Below, piece by piece: positions 10,125 through 20,635 of a stretch of 48,851 nucleotides of DNA. The stretch comes from Fidelibacterota bacterium. GTDB taxonomy: Bacteria; Fidelibacterota; Marinisomatia; Marinisomatales; UBA1611. The position numbers and the translations under genes were made by a program. Each line of letters starts with the position of its first letter. The first letter of the stretch is position 1. Under the pieces are notes generated by a model that saw only the letters and a list, made by a program, of their open reading frames with translations, had not been told where the DNA came from and did not search any database. Location of the stretch: assembly GCA_018671775.1 (NCBI GenBank), contig JABHGY010000108.1, forward strand, positions 1 through 48,851, read 5' to 3'.

Positions 10125-10577
10125 ATGAAGCTATTTCGAACAGAATTAGCCTCAGAATTCAAGGACAAGTTTTTTGACATTGAATCTGCGGAATTACAAA
10201 ACGAAGTTTTCGTTGCAGAAGCCAAAAATATTTCATGCGTATTATCTGCTGAAAAAACAAAATTTGGTTATCAAGTTTCTGGAAAGCTCCAAACGGAGCT
10301 TTTTCTGCAATGCGATCGATGTTTAATTTCCTTTGCAGAGCACCATAGAATTCCTGTAAAACTCAGTTTGAGTCCTAATCCAAAATTAATGGAAACAAAC
10401 GAGGTTGATGTTTTATTCATTGATAAAAAACAAGAATTCATTGATTTGACCGATCCCCTTCTAGAACTAATTCTAGTTGATATTCCTTTAAAGAATCTTT
10501 GTAAGGATAATTGTTTGGGCTTATGCGAGCAATGTGGTGCAGATTTAAATGTTAAAACATGTAATTGTAAATCATAA
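10125..10577 (+). CDS. yceD: YceD/DUF177 family protein
   Basis: CDRCL and LCKDNCLGLCEQCGADLN motifs; lies upstream of rpmF. Confidence 0.9.
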   Translation: MKLFRTELASEFKDKFFDIESAELQNEVFVAEAKNISCVLSAEKTKFGYQVSGKLQTELFLQCDRCLISFAEHHRIPVKLSLSPNPKLMETNEVDVLFIDKKQEFIDLTDPLLELILVDIPLKNLCKDNCLGLCEQCGADLNVKTCNCKS

Positions 10578-10598
10578 AAAAATATTTGAGGAGATAAA

Positions 10599-10775
10599 AT
10601 GCCATTACCTAAAAGACGCCAATCCAAGACGAGAGGCAAAAAACGTAGGACACATTACAAGTCAAAGTTAGCTTCTGTAACTACTTGCGCCCAATGCAGC
10701 CAACCAAAAATGCCACATAGAGCATGCCCTAATTGTGGATATTATCGCGGTCGCCCTGTAGTTGCTTCAAATTAA
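10599..10775 (+). CDS. rpmF: 50S ribosomal protein L32, four-Cys zinc-ribbon form (not in ORF track)
   Basis: Hand-translated MPLPKRRQSKTRGKKRRTHYKSKLASVTTCAQCSQPKMPHRACPNCGYYRGRPVVASN*, RBS GAGGAG, yceD-rpmF-plsX synteny. Confidence 0.96.
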   Translation: MPLPKRRQSKTRGKKRRTHYKSKLASVTTCAQCSQPKMPHRACPNCGYYRGRPVVASN

Positions 10776-10787
10776 TCTCTTTTAATC

Positions 10788-11786
10788 ATGATGATCGCAG
10801 TTGACGCAATGGGAGGCGATCATGCCCCAGATATTGTGATTCAAGGTGCGATACAAGCACTTGAAACTTCAAAAATTCAAGTAATGCTTTTGGGGGATGA
10901 GATATCCATCCAATCCCATTTGGGAAACTATTCTTCCGACCGCCTTACAATCCAAGATGCACCTGATTTAATTTCTATGGATGAGCCTGGTTCTCGCGTC
11001 GTGAAAACGAAGCCCAATTCTTCAATTGTGCAAGGCTTACAATTAGTCAAAGATGGAAAGGCCGATGCTTTCGTCAGTGCCGGAAATACGGGTGCTGTTT
11101 TGGCTACCTCCCTTCTTTTGCTTGGGCGAATTCCTGGTGTGCACCGCCCTGCGCTCGCCGCTTACATTCCGTCTGAATCTGGGGGGAAAATAATTTGTGA
11201 TGTGGGCGCAAATCCAGATACAAAACCAAAATATTTACTCCAATTTGCTATTTTAGCTTCTCATTATTATTCACATGTAGAAGGCGTCGAGAATCCAAAA
11301 GTAGGACTCATCAATATTGGTTCTGAGGCTAATAAAGGCAGTGCGCTTTATCAGGAGACGCATCAATTACTCCAGAAGAATTTACCAAATTTTGTTGGCA
11401 ATATTGAGGGACGATATCTCATGTCCTCCGAAGCGGATGTATTAATCTGTGATGGTTTTGTTGGAAACACTTTAATCAAATTTGCTGAAAACTGGATTAG
11501 TCATTTAGGAGATGAGCTTAAATCGGCATTTCAAAACCATTGGCTTAGTCGCATGGGAAAACATTTTATAAAACCGGCTCTCGTTTCCATAAAAGAAAAA
11601 TTTGATTACGAAGAACATGGCGGGGCACCTTTACTGGGCATTAATGGTGTCTCCATCGTCGCTCATGGAAGTTCAGGACCTAAATCAATTAAAAATTCTA
11701 TTAAGCTAGCTCAAAAATGTGTTGAGAGCCACTTAATCGAACACACACAAACACAATTTAAAAATTCTATACGGGGAATAGCATGA
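10788..11786 (+). CDS. plsX: Phosphate acyltransferase PlsX
   Basis: IAVDAMGGDHAP, SAGNTGA, DVGAN, CDGFVGN. Confidence 0.96.
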   Translation: MMIAVDAMGGDHAPDIVIQGAIQALETSKIQVMLLGDEISIQSHLGNYSSDRLTIQDAPDLISMDEPGSRVVKTKPNSSIVQGLQLVKDGKADAFVSAGNTGAVLATSLLLLGRIPGVHRPALAAYIPSESGGKIICDVGANPDTKPKYLLQFAILASHYYSHVEGVENPKVGLINIGSEANKGSALYQETHQLLQKNLPNFVGNIEGRYLMSSEADVLICDGFVGNTLIKFAENWISHLGDELKSAFQNHWLSRMGKHFIKPALVSIKEKFDYEEHGGAPLLGINGVSIVAHGSSGPKSIKNSIKLAQKCVESHLIEHTQTQFKNSIRGIA

Positions 11787-12772
11787 ACGCAATCATAAGC
11801 GCAACAGCACATTATGCACCAAAAAAAGTGCTAACCAACCATGATTTAGAAAAAATAATGGACACAACTGACGAATGGATAAAAAGTAGAACTGGTATTC
11901 ATCAAAGACACATTATTGGCGAAAATGAAGCCACATCTGATATCTGCACACATATTGGGCGCGACTTATTGGAAAAAGCCAATCTCAAGCCAGATGATAT
12001 CGACATTATTATTGTCTCTACTGTAACGCCAGATATGCTTGCTCCATCTACAGCAGCAATTGTGCAAAATAACCTTGGTGCGAATCGTGCATGGGGATTT
12101 GACTTATCTGCAGCCTGTTCTGGCTTTTTATATGGCTTAGAAACTGGAGCAAAATTTGTTGAATCGGGACAATATAAAAGAGTAATGGTCATCGGAGTTG
12201 ATGCCATGTCAACCATCTTGGATTACGAAGATCGTAATACTTCTGTCCTCTTTGGAGATGGAGGCGGCGGCGTAATTTTAGAATCAACAGAAAGTGATTT
12301 TGGCATTCTAGATTCTATCCTGAGAATGGATGGCTCTGGTGGAAAGTATCTTCAGATGCCAGCGGGTGGAAGTCGTATGCCTGCCACAATCGAGACCGTT
12401 GAAAACAAAATGCATTATCTCAAGCAAGATGGTCGAACCGTCTTCAAATTTGCTGTAAAAGGCATGGCCGATGTAAGCGCAAAAATGTTGGAAAAGCATC
12501 AATTAACTGGTGACGATATTGCGCTTTTTATTCCACATCAAGCCAATAAAAGAATCATTGATGCTGCCGCAAATCGATGCAATATATCTAAAGATAAAGT
12601 CCTCATTAATATCCAAAAATATGGGAATACGACAGCAGGCACGATTGCCATCGGATTAAATGAAGCGGTGGAACAAGGACGATTGAAAGAGGGTGATTAT
12701 TTATTACTCGCCGCATTTGGTGCTGGATGGACGTGGGGAAGTATGCTCATTAAATGGGGCAATCCTTCTTGA
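11783..12772 (+). CDS. fabH: 3-oxoacyl-ACP synthase III
   Basis: AACSGF, PHQAN, YGNT catalytic triad. Confidence 0.96.
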   Translation: MNAIISATAHYAPKKVLTNHDLEKIMDTTDEWIKSRTGIHQRHIIGENEATSDICTHIGRDLLEKANLKPDDIDIIIVSTVTPDMLAPSTAAIVQNNLGANRAWGFDLSAACSGFLYGLETGAKFVESGQYKRVMVIGVDAMSTILDYEDRNTSVLFGDGGGGVILESTESDFGILDSILRMDGSGGKYLQMPAGGSRMPATIETVENKMHYLKQDGRTVFKFAVKGMADVSAKMLEKHQLTGDDIALFIPHQANKRIIDAAANRCNISKDKVLINIQKYGNTTAGTIAIGLNEAVEQGRLKEGDYLLLAAFGAGWTWGSMLIKWGNPS

Positions 12773-13686
12773 AAACTGCTTGGCTATTTCCTGGGCAAGC
12801 TTCCCAAAAAGTTGGAATGGGTTTAGACTTATTTGAAAAAACAGATTTGGGGAAATCCTATTTTAACCGTGCCAATGAAATTTTGGAAACAGATATTCAG
12901 TCTATAATTTTTGATGGCCCTGATGAAATATTAAAACAAACAAAATATACACAGCCCGCTATTTACATCGTAAGTGTCATTATCGGAAAATTACTTTTAG
13001 AAAAAGGATGCTTGCCTTCTGCCCTTGCCGGGCATAGTTTAGGTGAATATTCTGCTTTATGCATTGGAAACGCCTTTTCATTTGAAACGGGACTATCTTT
13101 GGTAAAAGTTCGAGCTGAAAGCATGTTTGAAGCTGGCAAAAATGAGCCTGGAAGCATGGCGGCAATTGTGGGTATGGATGACGCACAAGTTCAAGATTTG
13201 TGCGACGCTTATCAAGATGGAATTGTGGTACCTGCTAACTTTAACTCACTCGGACAAATTGTGATTTCTGGTGAACCGAATGCAGTCGAAGATTTGATGA
13301 AAATCGCAAAAGAAGCAGGTGCACGGTTGGTCATACCTTTAAATGTGAGTGGTGCATTCCATTCACCTTTAATGAAATCTGCTCGCGAATCACTTGCAGA
13401 GATATTGAATTCCACCGAAATTTCAGATACTATTTTTCCCATTTATGCAAATGTTCATGCAGGTCCTACTACGAACGGAAGCGCTATCCGGGAATTATTA
13501 TTAAAACAATTGGAGAATCCAGTACTTTGGTCAAAAACAATGAATAATTTGATTGAGGATGGGAATGAAATGTTTTTGGAGTTGGGCCCCGGGAAAGTTT
13601 TACAAGGTCTTCTCAAAAGAATTGATCGGAAACAATCTTCTCGCGGTATTGGAACATTAGAAGAAATAGAGAATTATGATGTTTGA
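12769..13686 (+). CDS. fabD: Malonyl-CoA:ACP transacylase
   Basis: LFPGQ, AGHSLGEY, VSGAFHS. Probable TTG start overlapping the fabH stop. Confidence 0.95.
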   Translation: MKTAWLFPGQASQKVGMGLDLFEKTDLGKSYFNRANEILETDIQSIIFDGPDEILKQTKYTQPAIYIVSVIIGKLLLEKGCLPSALAGHSLGEYSALCIGNAFSFETGLSLVKVRAESMFEAGKNEPGSMAAIVGMDDAQVQDLCDAYQDGIVVPANFNSLGQIVISGEPNAVEDLMKIAKEAGARLVIPLNVSGAFHSPLMKSARESLAEILNSTEISDTIFPIYANVHAGPTTNGSAIRELLLKQLENPVLWSKTMNNLIEDGNEMFLELGPGKVLQGLLKRIDRKQSSRGIGTLEEIENYDV

Positions 13687-14425
13687 TTTAAAAAATAAAG
13701 TAGCAGTGGTTACAGGCGCATCTCGTGGTATTGGGAAATCAATAGCAGAAACCTTTGCTTCCGCAGGCGCTATTGTTATTTGCGTTAGTCGATCTGAAGA
13801 TGCCTTGATTAATTTGGTAGAATCTTTAAAAGCGTCCGGTGGGAATGCCCATTATCGTACCTGTGATATTTCAGACGGTGAGGCATTTACTTCCATGGTA
13901 AAATCGATTGTGACTGATTTTGGTCAATTAGATATTTTGATTAATAATGCTGGTATAACCCAAGATACCTTATTGATGCGTATGTCCGATGAACAGTGGA
14001 CGCAAGTTTTAGATATTAATTTAAAAGGTGCTTTCTTCGGCATAAAAGCTGTAATGCGTCCAATGATGAAAAAAAGATGGGGACGCATTATAAATATTTC
14101 CTCTATCGTAGGCATCACAGGAAATGCAGGGCAAGCAAATTATGCCGCATCCAAAGCCGGACTCATTGGCCTAACAAAAAGTGTGGCAAAGGAAGTTGCT
14201 TCTCGAGGAATTACGGTCAATTGCATTGCACCCGGATTTATTAAAACTGATATGACAGACGAATTGTCTGATCAGGTAAAAGAAAAAATACTGAAAGATA
14301 TTCCAATTGGAAGAATGGGAGATGGTTCTGATATTGCCAGCGCCGTTTTATTCTTAGCATCGGAAGAAGCCAGTTTCATTACAGGACAAACCATCGTGAT
14401 CGATGGGGGTCAAATCATAAGCTAA
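13676..14425 (+). CDS. fabG: 3-oxoacyl-ACP reductase
   Basis: [19 protein letters not shown]. Confidence 0.96.
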   Translation: MMFDLKNKVAVVTGASRGIGKSIAETFASAGAIVICVSRSEDALINLVESLKASGGNAHYRTCDISDGEAFTSMVKSIVTDFGQLDILINNAGITQDTLLMRMSDEQWTQVLDINLKGAFFGIKAVMRPMMKKRWGRIINISSIVGITGNAGQANYAASKAGLIGLTKSVAKEVASRGITVNCIAPGFIKTDMTDELSDQVKEKILKDIPIGRMGDGSDIASAVLFLASEEASFITGQTIVIDGGQIIS

Positions 14426-14439
14426 ACAAGGAGAAAAAC

Positions 14440-14670
14440 ATGTCAACATTAGACAAAATAAAAGAGGTTGTAATCGACAAATTAGGTGTCGATGAATCAG
14501 CCATTAAACCCGAATCACATTTCATTGACGATCTTGGTGCTGATTCATTAGATACGGTAGAGCTCATCATGGAATTCGAAGAAGAATTTGGAATTGAGAT
14601 TCCAGATGAAGATGCTGAAAATATCATGACAGTTGGCGCTGCGCTTGCTTATATCGAAAAAACACAGTAA
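14440..14670 (+). CDS. acpP: Acyl carrier protein
   Basis: [20 protein letters not shown]. Confidence 0.97.
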   Translation: MSTLDKIKEVVIDKLGVDESAIKPESHFIDDLGADSLDTVELIMEFEEEFGIEIPDEDAENIMTVGAALAYIEKTQ

Positions 14671-14681
14671 GTAATTTAGTT

Positions 14682-15914
14682 ATGCGTAAGGTCGTTGTAA
14701 CAGGATTGGGTGTTCTTGCACCGAATGGGAATACTGTTGAATCATTTTGGTCAGCTTTAAAAACGGGACAAAGTGGAATTGCTCCTATCAGTTATTTTGA
14801 TGCAAGTGACCTACGTGCTAAAATCGCAGGAGAATTATCTGATTTTTCTCCCGAACCCATTTTGGATGCGAAAGAAGTTCGCAAATTAGATCCATTCTCT
14901 GTCTATGCCATTGTTGCAGGACAGCAAGCCATCGACCAATCTGGGCTAGATTTAGATTCAATTGATCTGGATCGAGCTGGCGTAATTATCGGATCTGGCG
15001 TTGGCGGTATTCAAACACTGGAAGAACAACACGGTATCATTATGAATAAAGGTGGTCGCCGTGTTTCTCCACAATTTGTGCCAAAAATGATATCCAATAT
15101 TGCTGGAGGTCATTTATCCATTCGATGGGGGTTTCGAGGTCCAAATCAAACTATCGTATCAGCCTGCGCATCTGCGACAGATGCGATTGGTATGGCTCTC
15201 AGGCTCATTCGTTATGGCGATGCTGACATCATGATTACAGGTGGAACAGAAGCGAGTATCACGCCCTTAACCATTGCAGGATTTGGTAATATGCGTGCTT
15301 TGTCTCAAAGAAATGATGATCCTAAAGCAGCGAGCAGACCATTTGATGGCGATCGTGATGGTTTCGTCTTGGGCGAAGGCGCAGGCATGTTGATTATTGA
15401 ATCAGAAGAACATGCGCTAAATCGTGATGCAACTATTTTAGCAGAGTTAGCTGGATATGGTGCAACCGACGATGCTTTTCATGTCACCCAACCTGCTCCA
15501 GGTGGTGCTGGCGCAGAAAAAGCTATGAAGCGTGCTATTGAAGATGGAAGCCTTACACTCACAGATATTGATTATATTAATGCACACGGTACCTCTACCC
15601 CATTCAATGATAAAAATGAATCAGCTGCAATTAAAAGTCTATTTGGAAATCATCCCATAAAAGTGAGCTCTACAAAATCAATGACAGGCCACTTATTGGG
15701 TGCTGCTGGTGGTATTGAAGCTGTTGCAGCAGTCAAAACCATTATGGATCAAACGGCTCCTCCAACAATTAATCAAGAAACACCCGATCCTGATTGTACC
15801 TTAGATTATATACCAAATGAAGCTCAATCCTTTACTATAGATGCAGCATTATCTAATACCTTCGGATTTGGTGGACATAATGCAGTAATTTGTTTGAAAA
15901 AATATTCGACTTAA
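14682..15914 (+). CDS. fabF: 3-oxoacyl-ACP synthase II
   Basis: SACAS, NAHGTST, TGHLLGAAG, NTFGFGGHN. Confidence 0.96.
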   Translation: MRKVVVTGLGVLAPNGNTVESFWSALKTGQSGIAPISYFDASDLRAKIAGELSDFSPEPILDAKEVRKLDPFSVYAIVAGQQAIDQSGLDLDSIDLDRAGVIIGSGVGGIQTLEEQHGIIMNKGGRRVSPQFVPKMISNIAGGHLSIRWGFRGPNQTIVSACASATDAIGMALRLIRYGDADIMITGGTEASITPLTIAGFGNMRALSQRNDDPKAASRPFDGDRDGFVLGEGAGMLIIESEEHALNRDATILAELAGYGATDDAFHVTQPAPGGAGAEKAMKRAIEDGSLTLTDIDYINAHGTSTPFNDKNESAAIKSLFGNHPIKVSSTKSMTGHLLGAAGGIEAVAAVKTIMDQTAPPTINQETPDPDCTLDYIPNEAQSFTIDAALSNTFGFGGHNAVICLKKYST

Positions 15915-16633
15915 TGCGCTTTATTTTTACTGCTCTTAAAAAAATATTTTCTTCAAATCGCTCTCCTTTATCCCCTTTAGAAAAAAGGATAAAATATCAA
16001 TTTAAAAATAAAGCCTATTTAAATCAGGCTTTTGTCCATAAATCTATATCTCCTCTTCCTAGGCAAAATTATGAACGCTTGGAATTTTTGGGTGATGCGG
16101 TCATCGATATTGTAGTCAGTAAATTATTGATGAAAGAATTTCCCGATGGCGATGAAGGTTTATTAACTCAGAAAAGAGCTGCACTTGTCCAAAAATCTTA
16201 CTTGGCAAGTATGGGCACAATGCTCGACCTTATGGACCATTTAAACATCGAAACAAGTGTCGATTTAAGCATCGATAAAGTTGCCGAAAAACAGCAAGCT
16301 AATCTATATGAATCTTTGATTGGTGGCATGTACTTAGATGGAGGAATTAACCCTTGCCGTAAATTGATTATGGAAACAATTTGGGCTCATCGTGAAATCG
16401 CCTGGAAATCGACAAATTATAAAGGCAAATTGATTGAATATTGCCATCAAAAATCAATAGGCAATCCGTTATTCCAAGTGAAAGATGTGACGGGACCAGA
16501 CCATTCAAAAACATTTGAAGTCCAGGTCAATATTGATAACGAACCTTATCAAACGGGCATTGCTACCAATAAAAAAGCCGCAGAACAGCTTGCGGCAAAA
16601 TATGCTTTAGATGTTTTAGGCGCTGTCCTTTAA
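15914..16633 (+). CDS. rnc: Ribonuclease III
   Basis: NYERLEFLGDAV signature plus C-terminal dsRBD. ATG at 15914 is coupled to the fabF stop. Confidence 0.95.
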   Translation: MRFIFTALKKIFSSNRSPLSPLEKRIKYQFKNKAYLNQAFVHKSISPLPRQNYERLEFLGDAVIDIVVSKLLMKEFPDGDEGLLTQKRAALVQKSYLASMGTMLDLMDHLNIETSVDLSIDKVAEKQQANLYESLIGGMYLDGGINPCRKLIMETIWAHREIAWKSTNYKGKLIEYCHQKSIGNPLFQVKDVTGPDHSKTFEVQVNIDNEPYQTGIATNKKAAEQLAAKYALDVLGAVL

Positions 16634-17175
16634 TGATTCATATTTTTTATCTTATCTCGTAAAACTGCTGCTTTTTCATATTCTTCTTTTTCAACTGCTT
16701 GTTCCATCTTTTTTTGAATATCTTCTAACGTTATTTTAGCTTTTTGTTTTTCCATTATACTTTCTTTAAAAGCAGCTTCCGTCACACTAGCTTCTTCCAT
16801 GACAGCATCATGAACTAAAATAGGGACTTTTAATCGTAAGCCCACAGCCAGAGCATCACTGGGACGCGCATCAATAAATCGAAGCCCAATGCCTTCTGCT
16901 TCTAATTCCATTTTAGCATAAAAAACACCCTCATTCAAATGCGTAACTTTAATCGCCTTTAATTTTGCTTCAAGACCTTCGATAATAGCTCCAATTAAAT
17001 CATGCGTTAAAGGGCGTGGTGTCTCTACATATTCAATGGCAAGAGCAATGGCTTGTGCTTCCATAGAACCGACAATTACAGGCAAGATGCGTGAACCTTT
17101 TACCTCTTTCAGCAAGACGGCGTAGCTTCGACTTGGAGGGTGGAAAGAAATTCGCTTTATTTTAACAGGGATCAT
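16630..17175 (-). CDS. Bifunctional nuclease (DUF151) with C-terminal UVR motif
   Basis: LPVIVGSMEAQAI, RPLTHDL, IDARPSDA, EEYEKAAVLRDKI. Confidence 0.9.
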   Translation of the reverse strand: MIPVKIKRISFHPPSRSYAVLLKEVKGSRILPVIVGSMEAQAIALAIEYVETPRPLTHDLIGAIIEGLEAKLKAIKVTHLNEGVFYAKMELEAEGIGLRFIDARPSDALAVGLRLKVPILVHDAVMEEASVTEAAFKESIMEKQKAKITLEDIQKKMEQAVEKEEYEKAAVLRDKIKNMNH

Positions 17176-18212
17176 TTTAATGACTCAAGCTCATCTTTTA
17201 ATTTTGATATTTTTACCACAGGACTCGGATCAACGCCATGGGCAATTGCACACCAATAACTTAACCAATCTCCATAATGAATCATATGAAGAAATCGTTC
17301 TATTACATTTCCACCACCACAGGCAATTTCTTTTTGTGCTAATGGAAGCGTTTTCAATATCTTTTGAGTGACATTTTGACGGTGTTTTACCCGTGGATGG
17401 TCACCCTCATCCTTAAGCCATAATATGACCATGGAATGAAAAAGGGATTCATTTTTTTCCCAACCCACAATTTCATTATGATTTAGTTCTGGTAATTCAT
17501 TATGGTAAGCTGGCATTTTTGCATTTTCGCATAATTGTCCTTTGTACCGAAGCGCCACAACGGATGTCCATTCTGATTCACCATAAATAATAGGAATTTT
17601 TGTGTGGATTTCTTCTGCCATTTTATAAGCAGGATTTGTCTCTTTTTCTTGGCTATATAAATTAGTCAATTTTTGTAAAAATGGAACCGCAGAAACCAAA
17701 TCTGTTTCCCACGATTTATCAATAATACCTAATTGATTTAAAATATAAAGCATGGGGACAAAAGAAAATGCTACGGCAGCACGAGGTTGCAATCCAGATG
17801 GAATTTTAACCACATCTTTTCCAATAGATTGAAGTTTTTCTGTTAGAATTCCACCGGTGCTAATCCCAAGAACTTGGGCGTCTGCATTCATGGCTTGTTC
17901 GGTGGCAGCAAGTGTCTCTTCCGTATTCCCTGAATAAGAAGAACAAATAACCAACGTATTTTCGTTCACCCAATGGGGTAAAGTATAATGACGCGATACA
18001 ATGAATGGGACTGATAATTGATTTTTCAAAAAAATTCGATTTATATCTCCACCGATCGCAGAGCCACCCATTCCCGCCAATACAATATTATGAATCGGTT
18101 TTTGTACGGGTGTTAATTGAATATTTTTTCCAATCTCCATCGCATCTAAAATATTGGAAGAAAAATCAGTGATGGAACCAAACATGTTTTCTGGATCAAA
18201 AAGTTTTGTCAT
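17172..18212 (-). CDS. Bifunctional phosphoglucose/phosphomannose isomerase (PGI/PMI family)
   Basis: GMGGSAIGG, SSYSGNTEET, QPRAA, ENAK, PELNHNEIVG. Confidence 0.9.
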   Translation of the reverse strand: MTKLFDPENMFGSITDFSSNILDAMEIGKNIQLTPVQKPIHNIVLAGMGGSAIGGDINRIFLKNQLSVPFIVSRHYTLPHWVNENTLVICSSYSGNTEETLAATEQAMNADAQVLGISTGGILTEKLQSIGKDVVKIPSGLQPRAAVAFSFVPMLYILNQLGIIDKSWETDLVSAVPFLQKLTNLYSQEKETNPAYKMAEEIHTKIPIIYGESEWTSVVALRYKGQLCENAKMPAYHNELPELNHNEIVGWEKNESLFHSMVILWLKDEGDHPRVKHRQNVTQKILKTLPLAQKEIACGGGNVIERFLHMIHYGDWLSYWCAIAHGVDPSPVVKISKLKDELESLK

Positions 18213-19180
18213 TAGTACGTCCTATTTTTGATAAGTTGAATAAAAGCATCTAGATCTTTTCGTTTTTCTTCTGGCAAAAAATGTAATACTTTACCTGCTT
18301 CTTCAAAAAAAGATTCATATCGAGTAATGGTCTCTTCTGCAATGCCTGTTTTTTCCAAAAATGTTTTAACAATATCCATGGAATCTTCATTTTGTTTAGA
18401 CATGAATTGAGAAATACATTTGTTCCATTCTTGCTCATGATTGGTGCGAGCTAAAATGATTGGATAAGTTTGTTTCCCCTCAGCCAAATCACTTCCCAAA
18501 CTTTTCCCCATTTGTTGAGGATTAGAGATAAGTTCTAACAAATCATCTTGCACTTGAAAGCCTTTGCCTAACAAGCGCCCAAATTGATCTAAATTTTGAA
18601 CCGTTTCATTGCTCAATCCTTCCATAATGGCTGGCAATGCAGCACAAGCACCCAATAATGCGCCTGTTTTGCAATCGATCATATCTAAATAATTAGATTC
18701 AGAAATGCTTAGATCATTTTCAAATTCTTTATCCCAAGCTTGCCCTTCACAAATCTCTAAAGTGACTTGATTGAAATAATTCATCACTTCTGTGACATGT
18801 GTCTCTACAAGTGTAACTTTAAGTTGGGCCAAAATAAAAATCGCATCGCCTGCTAAAATCGCAGTGGATTCATCCCATTTTTGGTGCAAGGTTTCTTGAC
18901 CATGACGCGTATCATCTTTATCCATAATGTCATCATGAACCAATGTAAAGGTATGAAGCAGCTCTACGGCTAAAGCTAAGTTCATTAATCCACGAGAATT
19001 AGCATCCAAAGCTCGACCCATAAGATGCACTAAAAGAGGACGAAATCGTTTCCCTTTTCCCTTTAAAACATAACGAATTGGATCATATAGATAGCCTGGT
19101 TTTTGCGGGATTGGAAGGCTGGCCAATTCTCGATTGACTTCCTCCCTAATCAGATTTATTTTTTTTTGGAAGTCACTCAT
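18212..19180 (-). CDS. Short-chain polyprenyl diphosphate synthase (FPP/GGPP synthase)
   Basis: GKRFRP, first Asp-rich motif HTFTLVHDDIMD, second motif FQVQDDLL. Confidence 0.92.
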   Translation of the reverse strand: MSDFQKKINLIREEVNRELASLPIPQKPGYLYDPIRYVLKGKGKRFRPLLVHLMGRALDANSRGLMNLALAVELLHTFTLVHDDIMDKDDTRHGQETLHQKWDESTAILAGDAIFILAQLKVTLVETHVTEVMNYFNQVTLEICEGQAWDKEFENDLSISESNYLDMIDCKTGALLGACAALPAIMEGLSNETVQNLDQFGRLLGKGFQVQDDLLELISNPQQMGKSLGSDLAEGKQTYPIILARTNHEQEWNKCISQFMSKQNEDSMDIVKTFLEKTGIAEETITRYESFFEEAGKVLHFLPEEKRKDLDAFIQLIKNRTY

Positions 19181-20544
19181 GATTCAAGTGTGATATCCCC
19201 AAATGATTGTAATTTATCTAAAACCAATTTTTTGATCTCTTCCATTCTTTCCATTGAATTTGCTTCAAATCGTGTTACGATAACGGGCTGAGTGTTAGAA
19301 GAGCGAACTAAACCCCACCCATCGCCAAATTGAATGCGAACACCATCAATGGTATTGCAATCAAAATTTGCTTTAAAATAGGCCAATGCTTTCTTGGTAA
19401 TGGTAAATTTTTCTTCATCCGTTCCACAATCCAAACGCATTTCTGGCGTTGAATAATACACAGGTAAATCTGCTGCGATTTTTGATAGTTTTTTATCGGA
19501 ACGAGATACTAATTGCATGAGACGGGCAGCTACATATATGGCATCATCAAACCCAAAAAAATCGTCAGCAAAAAAAATATGTCCACTCATTTCTCCACCA
19601 AACTTACATTGAATTTCGGCCATTCTTTGTTTAATGAGCGAATGACCCGTTTTCCACATGACTGGAATTCCACCCGCTTTCACAATCATTTCTTCAAGCG
19701 CTTGAGAACATTTTACATCAAACAAAATTTCATCGCCTGGTTCAACAATTTCTGGAAGAAAAAGTGCCATTAATTGATCTGCCCAAATGACTGTTCCCTT
19801 TTCATCTACAACGCCAACTCGATCTGCATCACCATCAAAAGCAAATCCCAAATCGTAATCACCGGATTTCACTTCACGAATCAAATCTTGGAGATTCTTC
19901 TCAACCGTTGGGTCAGGATGATGGTTTGGAAAAGTGCCATCTGCATCACAAAATAATTCTTTGACTTCAACATTGTGCATATTTTCAAAAATTGTTGGCG
20001 CATTCAAACATGCGGCCGCATTTCCACAATCCATGACCACTTTAAGAGGGCGTTCAATGTTGATTTTGCTCCGAATCATTTTATTGTAATCACCATTGAT
20101 ATCATGTTTGGCTTCACTGCCTTCTCCAATTTCGAAATCATTTTTATCAATCAGCGCTTTCAATGATTGGATAGTTTTTCCAAAAACAGCTTTACGTTCA
20201 ATGGACATTTTAAATCCGTTGAATTCTGGAGGATTATGACTACCGGTAATTTGAACCGCACCAAAGACACCAAGCTTAAACATGCTATAATAATTAGCTG
20301 GCGTGGGTAAAAGTCCCAAATTGATGACATCTGTTCCCGTGGACAAAACCCCTTTCGAAAACGATTCCATTAGAGACGGCGTTGTAAGACGAATATCCCC
20401 ACTTAATGCAATCTCTTGACCGCCAGAGCGGCGAATTAATGTTCCAAATGCTTTTCCTAATGCAAGCACCACATGGGGAGGAAAATCATCTTCTACTTTT
20501 CCACGAATATCATATTCGCGAAATATATATTTATTTATACTCAT
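19177..20544 (-). CDS. Phosphomannomutase/phosphoglucomutase
   Basis: FREYDIRG, TGSHNP, FDGDADR, GEMSGH. Confidence 0.95.
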   Translation of the reverse strand: MSINKYIFREYDIRGKVEDDFPPHVVLALGKAFGTLIRRSGGQEIALSGDIRLTTPSLMESFSKGVLSTGTDVINLGLLPTPANYYSMFKLGVFGAVQITGSHNPPEFNGFKMSIERKAVFGKTIQSLKALIDKNDFEIGEGSEAKHDINGDYNKMIRSKINIERPLKVVMDCGNAAACLNAPTIFENMHNVEVKELFCDADGTFPNHHPDPTVEKNLQDLIREVKSGDYDLGFAFDGDADRVGVVDEKGTVIWADQLMALFLPEIVEPGDEILFDVKCSQALEEMIVKAGGIPVMWKTGHSLIKQRMAEIQCKFGGEMSGHIFFADDFFGFDDAIYVAARLMQLVSRSDKKLSKIAADLPVYYSTPEMRLDCGTDEEKFTITKKALAYFKANFDCNTIDGVRIQFGDGWGLVRSSNTQPVIVTRFEANSMERMEEIKKLVLDKLQSFGDITLES

Positions 20545-20635
20545 TTTTAACCTTCAATCTTTTTACTATTATTAATGTCTAAATTACAAAAATTCAAAAT
20601 TGAATTCATTAAAAGAAATGCCATAATTCTTATGA

